Source: an uncultured Alphaproteobacteria bacterium (GTDB taxonomy: Bacteria; Pseudomonadota; Alphaproteobacteria; Rhodobacterales; Rhodobacteraceae). Taken from it: 64,000 bases of DNA. The translations under genes and the position numbers were made by a program. Positions 46,198 to 56,627 of this stretch are shown here, in pieces. The stretch lies in NCBI GenBank assembly GCA_902567635.1, contig CACFNV010000004.1, positions 1,483 through 65,482 of the forward strand. The letters are read 5' to 3'. Every line of letters starts with the position of its first letter. Position 1 is the first letter of the stretch. The notes below the pieces were generated by a model that made no database searches, had not been told where the DNA came from, and saw only the letters and a list, made by a program, of their open reading frames with translations.

Positions 46198-47490
46198 TTA
46201 TTTTTCATTTTCTCTTAAAGCTTCACCAGCCAAATAAAGAGACCCACATATCAATATTCGTATAGGAGTCTTACAAGAATTTGTTTGACTGCAAATTTGA
46301 TTTATTCCCTCAATTATATTCTTTATTTTTTTTGGCTTTATATAGCCTATCTCTTCAGCCTCTTTAATAATAATATTTGTAGAAAGCGAATTTGGCTGGT
46401 TTGCAATTTTTATTGCCCAAAGAGAGGTTGATAATTCCTTAAAATTAATGAGAAAATTTTTATAATCTTTGTTTTTTAATGATCCATATATAACATGAAG
46501 GTCCAGGGGTTTCATAGTTTCTATGCTAGCTTTCAAAACTTTACTTGCATCTACGTTGTGGCCACCGTCCAGCCATAGTTCATTTGAGGAATTATAGGTC
46601 CTAATGATTTTTTCTAATTTCCCATAATTTATTTTTTCTAACCTTGCGGGCCAATCAGCATTTTTCACTCCATCACAAATATTTTTTTTTGGAATCTGTA
46701 ATTTTAGCAGCGCCATTATAGCCGTCATAGCGTTAGTAATTTGATGAACGCCAATTAGATTTGGTAAAGGAAATTCAAACCTAGCATTGTTTCTCCTAAA
46801 AATTATTTTTCTATCCTTTTTTGAGAAGTACATATTTTCTCTGGCACTTACCAATTCGCTGCCTATCCGCTGGCATCTTAATTTAAGAATAGATGCAACT
46901 TTTGGATCTTGTTTTCCTACAATAGTTGTCGAATCCTTCTTAATTATTCCTGCTTTGGTTTCTGCAATCTTTTCGATACTTTCTCCTAGAAATTCTTTGT
47001 GATCAATTGAGATAGGGGTGATTATAGAAAGTATTGGATTTTTAATTACATTTGTTGCATCAAATTCTCCACCTAGACCTACTTCAAGTATAGTAAAGTC
47101 AGCCTTAGATCGAGAAAAAGCAAGCAGCGCGGCGCAGGTAGTTATTTCAAAAAAAGTTATTGGCAGAGAATTATTTTTCTTTTCGCATTCTAAAAGCAAA
47201 TCGCTTAAATAATCCTTACTGATTTCTTTACCAGCAACATGAATTCTTTCAGTGAAGTTAACAAGATGAGGAGAAGTATAAACATGAACAAGATATCCCT
47301 TGCTTTTTAATGCCGCTCTGATCATAGCAATGGTAGAGCCCTTACCGTTTGTGCCTGCCACATGAATTATTGCAGGCAATTTTTTTTCAGGATTTCCAAG
47401 CTTACTTAAAAGCCGTTCTACTCTTTCTAATTTAAGATCAATAATTTTTGGATGTAGTTTATAAAGTCTATCAAAAATATTATCCATCAA
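46198..47490 (-). CDS. folC: Bifunctional folylpolyglutamate synthase / dihydrofolate synthase
   Basis: The Mur-ligase P-loop is HVAGTNGKGST. Also present are ILEVGLGGEFDATN and WLDGGHN. The gene follows accD with an 11-nt overlap. Confidence 0.9.
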   Translation of the reverse strand: MMDNIFDRLYKLHPKIIDLKLERVERLLSKLGNPEKKLPAIIHVAGTNGKGSTIAMIRAALKSKGYLVHVYTSPHLVNFTERIHVAGKEISKDYLSDLLLECEKKNNSLPITFFEITTCAALLAFSRSKADFTILEVGLGGEFDATNVIKNPILSIITPISIDHKEFLGESIEKIAETKAGIIKKDSTTIVGKQDPKVASILKLRCQRIGSELVSARENMYFSKKDRKIIFRRNNARFEFPLPNLIGVHQITNAMTAIMALLKLQIPKKNICDGVKNADWPARLEKINYGKLEKIIRTYNSSNELWLDGGHNVDASKVLKASIETMKPLDLHVIYGSLKNKDYKNFLINFKELSTSLWAIKIANQPNSLSTNIIIKEAEEIGYIKPKKIKNIIEGINQICSQTNSCKTPIRILICGSLYLAGEALRENEK

Positions 47491-48376
47491 CTTTTTTCCC
47501 TTCAGTCAAATTACCTCTAATTGGTGGAGGGCTATTTGAAAGAAGGTGGATTATCTTTATGAGTTCTTCTCTTAAGTTTTTTCTACTTATCACGCTGTCA
47601 AGCATTCCATGATCAAGAAGATATTCGGATCTCTGAAAGCCTTCTGGTAACTTCTCCCTTATAGTTTGTTCTATTACTCTTGGTCCAGCAAAGCATATTA
47701 AAGCATTTGGCTCAGCGATTTGAATGTCACCCAACATTGCATAAGATGCAGTAACTCCACCTGTAGTTGGGTTTGTTAGAACTACTATATAGGGCAGATT
47801 AGCTTCCCGTAGCATTTCAACTGCAACAGTTGTCCGAGGCATTTGGACTAAAGACAGAACACTTTCTTGCATTCTTGCACCTCCAGCTGCTGCGAATAAA
47901 ATAAAAGGTGCGCTTTTTTTAATGCTTGCTTGTACACCGCTTAAAATAGCATTTCCAACAGCCATTCCCATTGAGCCGCCCATAAATTTAAAGTCCTGAC
48001 AAGCAAGTATTACATCCATACCTCCCATTTTTCCTTCGGAAATCAAAATAGCCTCATCTTGACCAGTTTGTTTTTGAGCCTCTTTTAATCTATCTGTATA
48101 TTTTTTACTGTCTTTGAAGTTTAAGGGGTCTGATATTGGTTTGTCGTAATCTATTAACTTGAAACTCCCGTTGTCTAGTAATGACTCAAATCTATCCAAA
48201 GGGGAAATATACATATGATGATTGCAGTTAGGGCAAACATTAAGAGCATCCTTGAATTCGCGATGAAATATCATTGAGTCACATTTTTGGCACTTTATCC
48301 AAAGATTTTCAGAAGTTTCTTTTTTAGAGAAAATAGCGTCTATCTTTGGTCTAACAAAATTAGAAATCCAGTTCAT
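47480..48376 (-). CDS. accD: Acetyl-CoA carboxylase carboxyltransferase beta subunit
   Basis: The N-terminal zinc ribbon is CQKCDSM...CPNCNHH. The carboxyltransferase core shows FMGGSMG and GGARMQE. Confidence 0.95.
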   Translation of the reverse strand: MNWISNFVRPKIDAIFSKKETSENLWIKCQKCDSMIFHREFKDALNVCPNCNHHMYISPLDRFESLLDNGSFKLIDYDKPISDPLNFKDSKKYTDRLKEAQKQTGQDEAILISEGKMGGMDVILACQDFKFMGGSMGMAVGNAILSGVQASIKKSAPFILFAAAGGARMQESVLSLVQMPRTTVAVEMLREANLPYIVVLTNPTTGGVTASYAMLGDIQIAEPNALICFAGPRVIEQTIREKLPEGFQRSEYLLDHGMLDSVISRKNLREELIKIIHLLSNSPPPIRGNLTEGKKVDG

Positions 48377-48530
48377 TTATCTACCAAAATTTGTTAAATT
48401 ATAATAATATATTATAGTTTCTATTGCTAAACATAACCTAACTATTATAAAAAACAAAAACAACAATTTATAATAATTAATCAAAAGTCTTTCACTTTGA
48501 TAAAATAATTATGTGACTTAAGGGTTTGAA

Positions 48531-49133
48531 TTGAAATTTTTTTTGAATAAAGTTTTTTTTATAGGCTTTCTATTAGTTCTTGATGGTTGTTCCCCATTCG
48601 GATCGGGGTCATTAAAAAACTTTGTCTCGATACAAAAAAATCAAAGACTAATAAATGTTGAGCTACCAAATGGTTATTGTATAGACGAAAATGTGGGGGT
48701 TTCCACTGATTATCTTGATACCAAATTTATAACAAACTGTGTTTCAATAAAAAGAGAAAGTGGTAATATTTTTGGTCGAAGGCCAGTTGATTCGATAATC
48801 AGTTTGACAGTAACAGATATGAAGCTGCCCGCGTCACTATCTGAGAAAAATTTCTTAAATAGTATCATGATTGATGAAAAGTTAGAAAATTTAGTTACAA
48901 ATTCTAATTCTATAAGATTGAAAGCTGGAAAAAAGACACTTAGAAATGAGCTAGTAATACTTGATCTGCAACAAACCTCTGCAATTTCGTCAGTAAGAAA
49001 AGTGCGAAAGTATATTTTTTTAGTCGGTCAACGAATTGCAATCATGACAATCACAAACTTTGATGAGAACCTAAAACCAGAATACAATAAATTTGAGTCC
49101 TTAATAAAATCGCTTAAAAATGCTAGTTCTTAA
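48531..49133 (+). CDS. Hypothetical lipoprotein
   Basis: TTG start. A signal peptide with lipobox LVLDGC is present. I recognise no other motif. Confidence 0.55.
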   Translation: MKFFLNKVFFIGFLLVLDGCSPFGSGSLKNFVSIQKNQRLINVELPNGYCIDENVGVSTDYLDTKFITNCVSIKRESGNIFGRRPVDSIISLTVTDMKLPASLSEKNFLNSIMIDEKLENLVTNSNSIRLKAGKKTLRNELVILDLQQTSAISSVRKVRKYIFLVGQRIAIMTITNFDENLKPEYNKFESLIKSLKNASS

Positions 49134-50100
49134 AAACTTCGGTTGCATTTATCAATGCTTCCGTTATTCCCGGCTCAGACATTGCGTGCCCAGCTTTAGA
49201 AACCATAAACAACTTTGAGTTAGGCCACATTCTGTGAATATTTTCAGCAATATTTGGAGGGCATATCATGTCGTATCGACCTTGAACAATAATAGAAGGA
49301 ATGTCCGAAATTTTGTGCATGTTATCCTTTATTTGATTTTGTTTACCCAAAAATCCAAGATTTTTAAAATAATGATTTTCAATCCTTGCAAAAGCTCTTG
49401 CATAATCTGTTGATGGACTAGAGCCAAATCCTGGACTATCAAGATTGGCAAGCGCATTTTCCCATGCAGTCCATGCTCTTGCATAACGCCCTTGTTCTGT
49501 TGGAGAAGACCCAAACAGCCTGATATTATATCCTTCAATTAAATTTTTTCTCTCGTTAGGTGGAAGCATATCCCTAAATGATCTCCAAGCTTCTGGCCAA
49601 AATTTGCTTGCTCCTCCTTCCTGATAAAACCAGTTTAGTTCCTCTATTGTCATTGTGAAAACACCACGCAAAATAATTTTGCTCACCATTTCTGGATATT
49701 TCTGAGCATAAATCAGTGAAAGCGCAGCTCCCCAACTTCCTCCAAACAAGACAAACTTTTCTATATTGAGTTTTTTTCTGATCATTTCCATATCTGATAA
49801 GAGATGCCAAGTTGTATTATTTTCAACGGATGCGTAAGGTCTTGACTTTCCACAACCTCTTTGATCAAACAAAACTATGTAGTAAGCATCAGGGTCAAAA
49901 TATCTTCGCATATTCGGGCTGCAACCCCCTCCAGGACCGCCATGAACGACTAATACCGGAATCCCTCTGGGATTACCGCATTCTTCAAAGTAGATTTGAT
50001 GTCCGTCTCCAGTATTAACTATATTCTTTTTGAAAGGCTCTATTGCTGGATATAAACCCCTTTTTGAGCTCTCTGATTTGGTTACAATTTGTTCGGGCAT
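49123..50100 (-). CDS. pip: Prolyl aminopeptidase (proline iminopeptidase)
   Basis: Motifs present: VHGGPGGG, the nucleophile elbow GGSWGAALSL, and the C-terminal GHAMSEPG. Confidence 0.9.
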   Translation of the reverse strand: MPEQIVTKSESSKRGLYPAIEPFKKNIVNTGDGHQIYFEECGNPRGIPVLVVHGGPGGGCSPNMRRYFDPDAYYIVLFDQRGCGKSRPYASVENNTTWHLLSDMEMIRKKLNIEKFVLFGGSWGAALSLIYAQKYPEMVSKIILRGVFTMTIEELNWFYQEGGASKFWPEAWRSFRDMLPPNERKNLIEGYNIRLFGSSPTEQGRYARAWTAWENALANLDSPGFGSSPSTDYARAFARIENHYFKNLGFLGKQNQIKDNMHKISDIPSIIVQGRYDMICPPNIAENIHRMWPNSKLFMVSKAGHAMSEPGITEALINATEVFKN

Positions 50101-50157
50101 TATTGAGTTTTGAAAATTTTAGACTATATAATATGACACGTAAACTTGGAAAGTGCA

Positions 50158-50901
50158 ATGGAAACAAAATCCTCTATTAATGATGACGAAGTTCTAAAAT
50201 TTGAAGCCTTAGCTTCAGAGTGGTGGGACCAAGATGGAAAATTTAAGCCTCTTCATATGTTGAACCCTTGTAGGTTGGGATTTATAACGAACCACATATC
50301 TCTTTACCTTTCGAGGGATCTTGCAGAGAAAAAGCCTTTGAAGGGCCTGAAGGTTCTTGATATTGGGTGTGGAGGTGGATTGCTATGTGAACCAATGGCT
50401 AGACTCGGAGCAGAAGTTGTAGGGATTGATGTGGTAGCGAAAAATATTAAAATTGCGGCAGTCCACGCAGAGAAAGCTGGACTTAAGATTGACTATCGTC
50501 ATATTTCCGTTGAAAAATTAGGGAAAGAAAACAGCAAGTATGATGTTGTACTAAATATGGAAGTTATAGAGCATGTAGATCATCCTGACGAATTTATTTC
50601 GACATGTTCAAGGATGCTAAAAAAAGATGGGTTGATATTTTGTTCAACTATAAACAGAAATGTAAAAAGTTATTTATTTGCAATTCTTGGTGCAGAGTAT
50701 GTGATGAACTGGCTTCCTAAAGGAACACATGATTGGAAAAAGTTTATTAAGCCAGCAGAACTAAAAGATATGTTTATTAAACATAAAATGAGAGTAATGG
50801 ATACTAGAGGTTTTGTTTTTAATCCAGTTTCATGGAGTTGGATGTTGTCAAGTAACGATTTTTCTGTGAATTACGCATTATGCGCGAAAAATAATATTTA
50901 A
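50158..50901 (+). CDS. ubiG: Ubiquinone biosynthesis O-methyltransferase
   Basis: FEALASEWWD...GKFKPLH is present, with SAM motif I VLDIGCGGGLL and EVIEHV. I prefer the ATG at 50158. Confidence 0.9.
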   Translation: METKSSINDDEVLKFEALASEWWDQDGKFKPLHMLNPCRLGFITNHISLYLSRDLAEKKPLKGLKVLDIGCGGGLLCEPMARLGAEVVGIDVVAKNIKIAAVHAEKAGLKIDYRHISVEKLGKENSKYDVVLNMEVIEHVDHPDEFISTCSRMLKKDGLIFCSTINRNVKSYLFAILGAEYVMNWLPKGTHDWKKFIKPAELKDMFIKHKMRVMDTRGFVFNPVSWSWMLSSNDFSVNYALCAKNNI

Positions 50902-50909
50902 ATAATATT

Positions 50910-51611
50910 TCATTTAACTATTGCCTCACTCCAAAGCGAGTCCAAAAGACTTATTGCATTAGGGTCAAAAGTTTTTAAATGTTTCCAATATTTTCCATCT
51001 TTAACAAAATAACCAAGTTCTTTCTCCATTTTGAATGCCTCTAAAGTCTTTTTGTCCTCTACCTTTCTTCTATTAATTGGCCCAGATATTTCTGAAATTC
51101 CTAATCGACGGAAGACTAAATTACTTTCCTTTTGCTTAGAAAGGTTGAATACTGAACAATTATTTGAGTTTGCAATAACCTCAAATCGAGCTGACTTTGA
51201 TAGCAAATTCTTTAAGGTTGGATCATTTCTCAAGGGGTCAGCGGTTCCCTTTCCGTAAAAATGAGTTTTGTTTCCTTTGTAAATCATGTCACAACCGAGA
51301 TAGGCAATTATAGTTGGTTTTAATGCTCCTAAAGCCCAATAACCTGCTGTAAAAGCCATAGTTCCTCCTGCGTATACAAAGCCACCAAATTTATTTTGAA
51401 TTGGGACATACTCATTGAACGTTATTAATTTTTGGGTCGCATTTGACTCTGGGCGTCGCTCGTTTGGAAAGTCGTCTGGAAAAATACAGAAATCCCAGTC
51501 CTTCCTTATCTGCCATGCATTGTTTATCGATACTATTTTATCAAATAAACCAGATTGAAATTTTCTAGCATCCACCGAATCTGGGCCGCTTCCTAAAATT
51601 AATATTTTCAA
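50910..51611 (-). CDS. Hypothetical protein, MptE/DUF115-like Rossmann fold (tentative)
   Basis: KILILGSGPDS lies at the N-terminus, followed by GGTMAFTAGYWALGALKPTIIAYLGCDMIY. This recalls the GxGPS ... G-D pattern of the MptE-like family, but the assignment is from memory only. Confidence 0.5.
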   Translation of the reverse strand: MKILILGSGPDSVDARKFQSGLFDKIVSINNAWQIRKDWDFCIFPDDFPNERRPESNATQKLITFNEYVPIQNKFGGFVYAGGTMAFTAGYWALGALKPTIIAYLGCDMIYKGNKTHFYGKGTADPLRNDPTLKNLLSKSARFEVIANSNNCSVFNLSKQKESNLVFRRLGISEISGPINRRKVEDKKTLEAFKMEKELGYFVKDGKYWKHLKTFDPNAISLLDSLWSEAIVK

Positions 51612-51625
51612 AAATATGATCCTAT

Positions 51626-52084
51626 CTAGTTTACTACAAAGCTATTTTCAACTTTCTCACGGAACTTTCTTAATTCTGCTAACAATTCTCTCTCATTAAT
51701 ATTAATCGAGTTAGAAATTATTTTATTTAATAACGGCTTAATCTTTTGCATTGCGTTGTCTCGGGCATCGACTCCAGACTGACTAATTGAAACTAATTTT
51801 TTTCTGGCATCTTCCCAATCAGGACGAATATGGATATAACCTAATTTTTCCAACTTATTTAATGTGTTTGTCATAGCGCCCTTAGTTACATTAAAAGCTT
51901 TGGCCAATTGAAGTGGTGTTTTTTCATCTTTTCCTCTGCTAAAATGGTTTAAGAGTGCAAAATTTGAAACATTAAGGTTTCCAGGCAATGCACTATCTAA
52001 TTTTGATCTTGCAATTTGTTCAACAGCTCCAATTTCACTCAATAATGTGATAAAAGTAAGCTCATCATCATCAAAATCTTGCAT
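51626..52084 (-). CDS. MarR-family transcriptional regulator
   Basis: The winged helix-turn-helix reads LQLAKAFNVTKGAMTNTLNKLEKLGYI...DARKKLV. The protein is 152 aa. Confidence 0.8.
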   Translation of the reverse strand: MQDFDDDELTFITLLSEIGAVEQIARSKLDSALPGNLNVSNFALLNHFSRGKDEKTPLQLAKAFNVTKGAMTNTLNKLEKLGYIHIRPDWEDARKKLVSISQSGVDARDNAMQKIKPLLNKIISNSININERELLAELRKFREKVENSFVVN

Positions 52085-52178
52085 CCAAACACATAATAAT
52101 TAGAAAAATTAATATTATTCAGTATTAGACTTAAGGGTATATTCTTAATATCAAAGATGCAACTAGGATAAATAATAA

Positions 52179-52913
52179 ATGTTATTTGATATCGACCAGA
52201 TTAAAAAGAACAGACGGAGAGCTAGAAAAATAGGTAAAAAAAATTTTATACAGTGTGCCGCATTTAAAAACTTAGAGGAAAGGGTTATTGAGTTAGGGTT
52301 AAGTTTCCGAAACGTATTGGTGGTAGGCGCAAAGGAAATAGATTTCAGGGAATTAGACCAAGACCTAGCTATTGAATATTCTGACCACTTTAATCAGGTG
52401 CCAATAAAAAAAACGGTCGACTTAATTTTAAATGTATTAAACTTGCACTGGTCTAATAATCCCAAAAGAGATCTTTCAAGCCAAATCAATTTGTTAAAGC
52501 CTGGGGGAATTTTTATGGGCTGCTTATTTGGGGCGGATACACTTAAAGAGCTACGGGATAGTTTTTTTAAGGCTGAGGTAGAAATTTCAGGAAAGGCTCG
52601 TCCAAGAATATCTCCGTTACCAGAAATAAGAGATATTGGGAATCTTGCGCAAAATGTGGGAATGAAAAGTGTTGTAGCTGACAAAGAGGCTATAACCGTT
52701 GAGTATGAAACAGTGATGGAACTATTAAAAAATTTAAGAGAAATGGGAGAAACCAATAGCGTTTTGGACAGAAATAAGGGTTTTTCTAGAAGAGATGTTT
52801 TTAATCTGATGGAAAAATATTATTACAAAAATCATCCTTTCAAGAAAACTGACAAAAATAATAATGGAATAAGAGCAACTTTTGAAATTATTTATCTTTA
52901 TGGTGAAAAATAA
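52179..52913 (+). CDS. NDUFAF5-like class I methyltransferase-fold protein with degenerate SAM motif I
   Basis: LHWSNNP, LKPGGIFMGCLFGADTLKELR, ISPLPEIRDIGNL, MGETNS and ATFEIIYLYG parallel the NDUFAF5 family. Motif I reads VLVVGAKE instead of LDLGCGxG. Confidence 0.7.
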   Translation: MLFDIDQIKKNRRRARKIGKKNFIQCAAFKNLEERVIELGLSFRNVLVVGAKEIDFRELDQDLAIEYSDHFNQVPIKKTVDLILNVLNLHWSNNPKRDLSSQINLLKPGGIFMGCLFGADTLKELRDSFFKAEVEISGKARPRISPLPEIRDIGNLAQNVGMKSVVADKEAITVEYETVMELLKNLREMGETNSVLDRNKGFSRRDVFNLMEKYYYKNHPFKKTDKNNNGIRATFEIIYLYGEK

Positions 52914-52993
52914 ATAAGCTTATTATCAGAAAAATAATTGAAAAATTTGAACTATAGCTTAGTTATTGCTTATATCATAGGAAATACTAGGGC

Positions 52994-54031
52994 ATGTTTC
53001 AAAAGTTAGATAATTCCCCAAAGGATCATCCAAAAATTCCAAAAGAAAAGATAGGATTGATTATAGCTAATTTGGGTACTCCAGAAGCAACAGATTATTG
53101 GTCAGTTAGGCGCTATTTGAAAGAATTTTTGTCCGACAGACGGGTGATAGATTATTCACCTTGGATTTGGAAGCCTATACTAAGCTTGATCTTGTTAAGA
53201 AGGCCCTTTTCATCTGGTGAAGCCTATAGGCAGGTATGGAACAATAAAGAAAATGAAAGCCCTCTTTTAACAATAACAAGAAAACAAGCAAAAAAATTAG
53301 CTACTCTTTGTAAGCAAGAGCTTGGAAATAATATTGTAGTAGATTTTTGTATGCGATATGGAAAGCCCTCAACAGAAAAGGTTATCAGAGGAATGAAAGA
53401 TCAAGGGTGTAACAAAATACTTTTTTTTCCTTTATACCCTCAATATGCAGCTCCTACTACAGCAACTGCAAACGATCAGGTTTTTAGATCATTAATGAAA
53501 TTAAATTGGCAGCCTGCAATTAGAACAGTTCCCCCATATTTTGATGATAAAGATTATATAAAAGCTTTATGCGACTCAATTAAATCTTCATTTAAAAATA
53601 CCAAGAAAAAACCGGAACACCTAGTCTTGTCATATCACGGCGTTCCAGAGAGGTATTTGCTCTCGGGCGATCCCTATCATTGTCAGTGCCAAAAGACAAC
53701 AAGGCTAATTATGGAAGAATTGGGTTGGACTTCAGTTGACTTGACCACATCATTTCAGTCAAAGTTTGGTCCTGAAAAATGGATCGGTCCATCCACAGTA
53801 CAATTGGTAGCTGATCTAGCAGAAAAAGGTGTAAAGAATATCGCGGTAATTGCGCCAGCATTCTCATCTGATTGTTTAGAGACTTTAGAAGAGATCAACG
53901 GCGAGATTAGAGAAAGCTTCTTAAATGCTGGAGGGCAAAACTTTACTTATATTCCGTGTCTAAATGACCAAGCTAGCCACTTAAAAGCTCTTTTTAAAAT
54001 AGCAAAGACGCAGTTGTCAGGTTGGATTTAA
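52994..54031 (+). CDS. hemH: Ferrochelatase
   Basis: IGLIIANLGTPEA, LFFPLYPQYA, SYHGVP and the C-terminal APAFSSDCLETLEEI are present. Confidence 0.95.
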   Translation: MFQKLDNSPKDHPKIPKEKIGLIIANLGTPEATDYWSVRRYLKEFLSDRRVIDYSPWIWKPILSLILLRRPFSSGEAYRQVWNNKENESPLLTITRKQAKKLATLCKQELGNNIVVDFCMRYGKPSTEKVIRGMKDQGCNKILFFPLYPQYAAPTTATANDQVFRSLMKLNWQPAIRTVPPYFDDKDYIKALCDSIKSSFKNTKKKPEHLVLSYHGVPERYLLSGDPYHCQCQKTTRLIMEELGWTSVDLTTSFQSKFGPEKWIGPSTVQLVADLAEKGVKNIAVIAPAFSSDCLETLEEINGEIRESFLNAGGQNFTYIPCLNDQASHLKALFKIAKTQLSGWI

Positions 54032-54041
54032 AGAAAATTGT

Positions 54042-56171
54042 TTAATCTTCTTTTGCAGGTTTAGGGATTTCTTCACCAGTTTCTTGATCAACAATTTTCA
54101 TTGATAGTTTACTTTTTCCTCTATCATCTAAGCCAATAAGTTTTACAGAAACTTCTTGTCCTTCCTTCAGAACATCTTTTGGATGATTAATTCTTTCATT
54201 TGCTATTTGGCTAACGTGTACCAACCCGTCTCTTTTTCCATAGAAATTAACAAAGGCTCCAAAATCCATCAACTTGACAATTTTTCCTTTATAAATTTTT
54301 CCCACTTCTGGATCTTCTACTATTTCTTTAATCATTTGCTTCGCTTTTTCGATGCTTTCAAGATTTTGAGAAGCTAGTCTAACTAACCCATCATCATTAA
54401 TATCTACTTTAGCTCCAGAAAGCTCAACAATCTCGCGTATTACTTTTCCACCACTGCCTATAACTTCTCGGATTTTATCACTTGGAACATTCAAGGACTC
54501 TATTCTTGGAGCATATTTAGAAAAATCTGATGTTTTCGACAAAGATTTGCTCATTTCAGACAAAATATGAAGGCGGGCATCTTTAGCTTGGCCCAAAGCC
54601 TTTTCCATGATTTCAGATGTTATTCCTGCCACTTTTATGTCCATTTGTAATGATGTAATTCCAGCTTCAGTACCCGCAACCTTAAAGTCCATGTCTCCGA
54701 GGTGGTCTTCATCTCCCAGAATGTCTGTTAAAACGGCAAATTCATCGCCTTCTAAAATTAAACCCATTGCAATTCCCGCAACTGGCGCTTTTAAGGGAAC
54801 TCCCGCATCCATCATTGAAAGAGATGAACCGCATACTGTAGCCATAGAAGATGATCCATTAGACTCAGTTATTTCAGACACAACCCTTATTGTATATGGA
54901 AAATCTTCGGCCGTTGGTAACACAGCTTGAAGGGCTCTCCAAGCGAGTTTTCCGTGGCCTATCTCTCGCCGACCTGGCCCCATCATTCTGCCACACTCTC
55001 CAACTGAATAGGGTGGAAAATTATAGTGGAGCATGAAGTTTACCCTTCCTTCTTTGTCAAGAGCATCAATGATTTGTTCGTCATCGCCTGCACCAAGAGT
55101 TGTAACCACTAATCCTTGAGTTTCACCTCTAGTAAAGAGAGATGATCCATGAGTTCTGGGCAGTAATCTAGTTTCACACGCTATTGGCCTTACAGTTGAT
55201 AAATCGCGACCATCAATTCTTTTACCGTTTTTGAGAATATTGTTTCTGACAATTTCTGATTCAACCTTCTTAATTAGCTCAGGAAGTTCGTCACTTTCAA
55301 GATCTTCGTCCGAGAGTGAAGCTTTTACTTTTTCAATAGCCTCCGAAATTGCAGTTTGCCTTTCTTTTTTATCTGAAATTTTGAATGCATCTGATAAAGG
55401 TTTGTTACCCTCTTTTTTTACCTTTTTATATAGATCGCTATTTGTAGTATATTCAAAATTAAAAGGCACCTTTGCTGCTGATTTAGCAAGGTCAATTATC
55501 ATTTCAATAACAGGCACCATTTGTTCGTGACCAAATTTTACAGCCCCAAGCATTTCCTTTTCTGATAACTCATAAGCTTCAGACTCGACCATCATTACTG
55601 CATCCTTAGTTCCAGCAATTACTAAATCCAGTCTTTGTTCATTATTGTCTTTTATACCGCCCATGTCTTCAACTGATGGATTAAGAACATATGAGCCATT
55701 TACAAATCCGACCCTGGCGCCACCAATAGGTCCTAAAAATGGTGCCCCTGAGAGAGTAAGTGCAGCTGAAGCGGCAATCATAGCAACGATATCCGGGTCA
55801 TTTTCTAAATCGTGACTTAAAACGGTACAAGTCACTTGTACCTCGTGTTTAAAACCTTCGACAAACAATGGTCTTATAGGTCTATCAATCAACCTGCTAG
55901 TTAAAGTTTCTTTCTCTGTTGGCCTGGCTTCTCTCTTAAAAAACCCACCAGGTATCTTTCCAGCTGCATAATATTTTTCTTGGTAATTAACCGTAAGGGG
56001 AAAAAAATCTTGACCAGGCTTGCTTTCCTTTGCAAATACCACAGCTGCCATTACCATTGTTTCTCCATAGGTGGCTATTACAGTTGAGTCTGCTTGCCTT
56101 GCTATCTTTCCTGTCTCTAGAGTTAACGTATCATGACCCCACTCTATGGACTTCTTTATTTCATTAAACAT
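54042..56171 (-). CDS. pnp: Polyribonucleotide nucleotidyltransferase (PNPase)
   Basis: Two RNase PH domains are followed by a KH domain ([15 protein letters not shown]) and an S1 domain ([15 protein letters not shown]). The protein is 709 aa and the gene lies downstream of rpsO. Confidence 0.95.
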   Translation of the reverse strand: MFNEIKKSIEWGHDTLTLETGKIARQADSTVIATYGETMVMAAVVFAKESKPGQDFFPLTVNYQEKYYAAGKIPGGFFKREARPTEKETLTSRLIDRPIRPLFVEGFKHEVQVTCTVLSHDLENDPDIVAMIAASAALTLSGAPFLGPIGGARVGFVNGSYVLNPSVEDMGGIKDNNEQRLDLVIAGTKDAVMMVESEAYELSEKEMLGAVKFGHEQMVPVIEMIIDLAKSAAKVPFNFEYTTNSDLYKKVKKEGNKPLSDAFKISDKKERQTAISEAIEKVKASLSDEDLESDELPELIKKVESEIVRNNILKNGKRIDGRDLSTVRPIACETRLLPRTHGSSLFTRGETQGLVVTTLGAGDDEQIIDALDKEGRVNFMLHYNFPPYSVGECGRMMGPGRREIGHGKLAWRALQAVLPTAEDFPYTIRVVSEITESNGSSSMATVCGSSLSMMDAGVPLKAPVAGIAMGLILEGDEFAVLTDILGDEDHLGDMDFKVAGTEAGITSLQMDIKVAGITSEIMEKALGQAKDARLHILSEMSKSLSKTSDFSKYAPRIESLNVPSDKIREVIGSGGKVIREIVELSGAKVDINDDGLVRLASQNLESIEKAKQMIKEIVEDPEVGKIYKGKIVKLMDFGAFVNFYGKRDGLVHVSQIANERINHPKDVLKEGQEVSVKLIGLDDRGKSKLSMKIVDQETGEEIPKPAKED

Positions 56172-56235
56172 ATCTTGCCTTTTTTGTAATTTATTAATTT
56201 TTTTGGATTTATTAAGTAATTATTGTGGAAGACTT

Positions 56236-56505
56236 CTATCTTCTGATGTCCAATCTCTTAATCAGATCCTTATAACGGTCTTCGTCTTTTGAGCGAACAT
56301 AATCAAGGAGTTTACGTCTTAGAGATACCATTTTTAAAAGACCTCTTCTAGAGTGGTTATCCTTTTTGTGTGTTTTGAAATGTTCTGTAAGATTGATGAT
56401 CCTTTTTGTAAGAATTGCAACCTGTACCTCTGGAGAGCCAGTGTCTCCTTTTTTAGTAGAATACTCTTTTATAACTTGTTGTTTATCGTCTGCAGAAATC
56501 GACAT
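56236..56505 (-). CDS. rpsO: 30S ribosomal protein S15
   Basis: The 89-aa protein carries [26 protein letters not shown] and the C-terminal Y..L...L.IR. An AAGGAG ribosome-binding site lies upstream. Confidence 0.95.
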   Translation of the reverse strand: MSISADDKQQVIKEYSTKKGDTGSPEVQVAILTKRIINLTEHFKTHKKDNHSRRGLLKMVSLRRKLLDYVRSKDEDRYKDLIKRLDIRR

Positions 56506-56627
56506 CTTCTTCTCCTTTTTTTTTCCTACCAGGATGTCGTCCAGTTAGGAGTTTTTATCTAAAAGTATTGATAAATCATTTCAAGAAAAAAGAAAGAAAA
56601 ATTTAACTATTAATGAATTCTTTTGAT

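Noticed and set aside
52914-52923. The 10-bp palindrome ATAAGCTTAT immediately after the methyltransferase-like gene
   Set aside because: It is too short and AT-rich to be a terminator, and there is no second half-site or partner. It is most likely a chance occurrence centred on a HindIII site.
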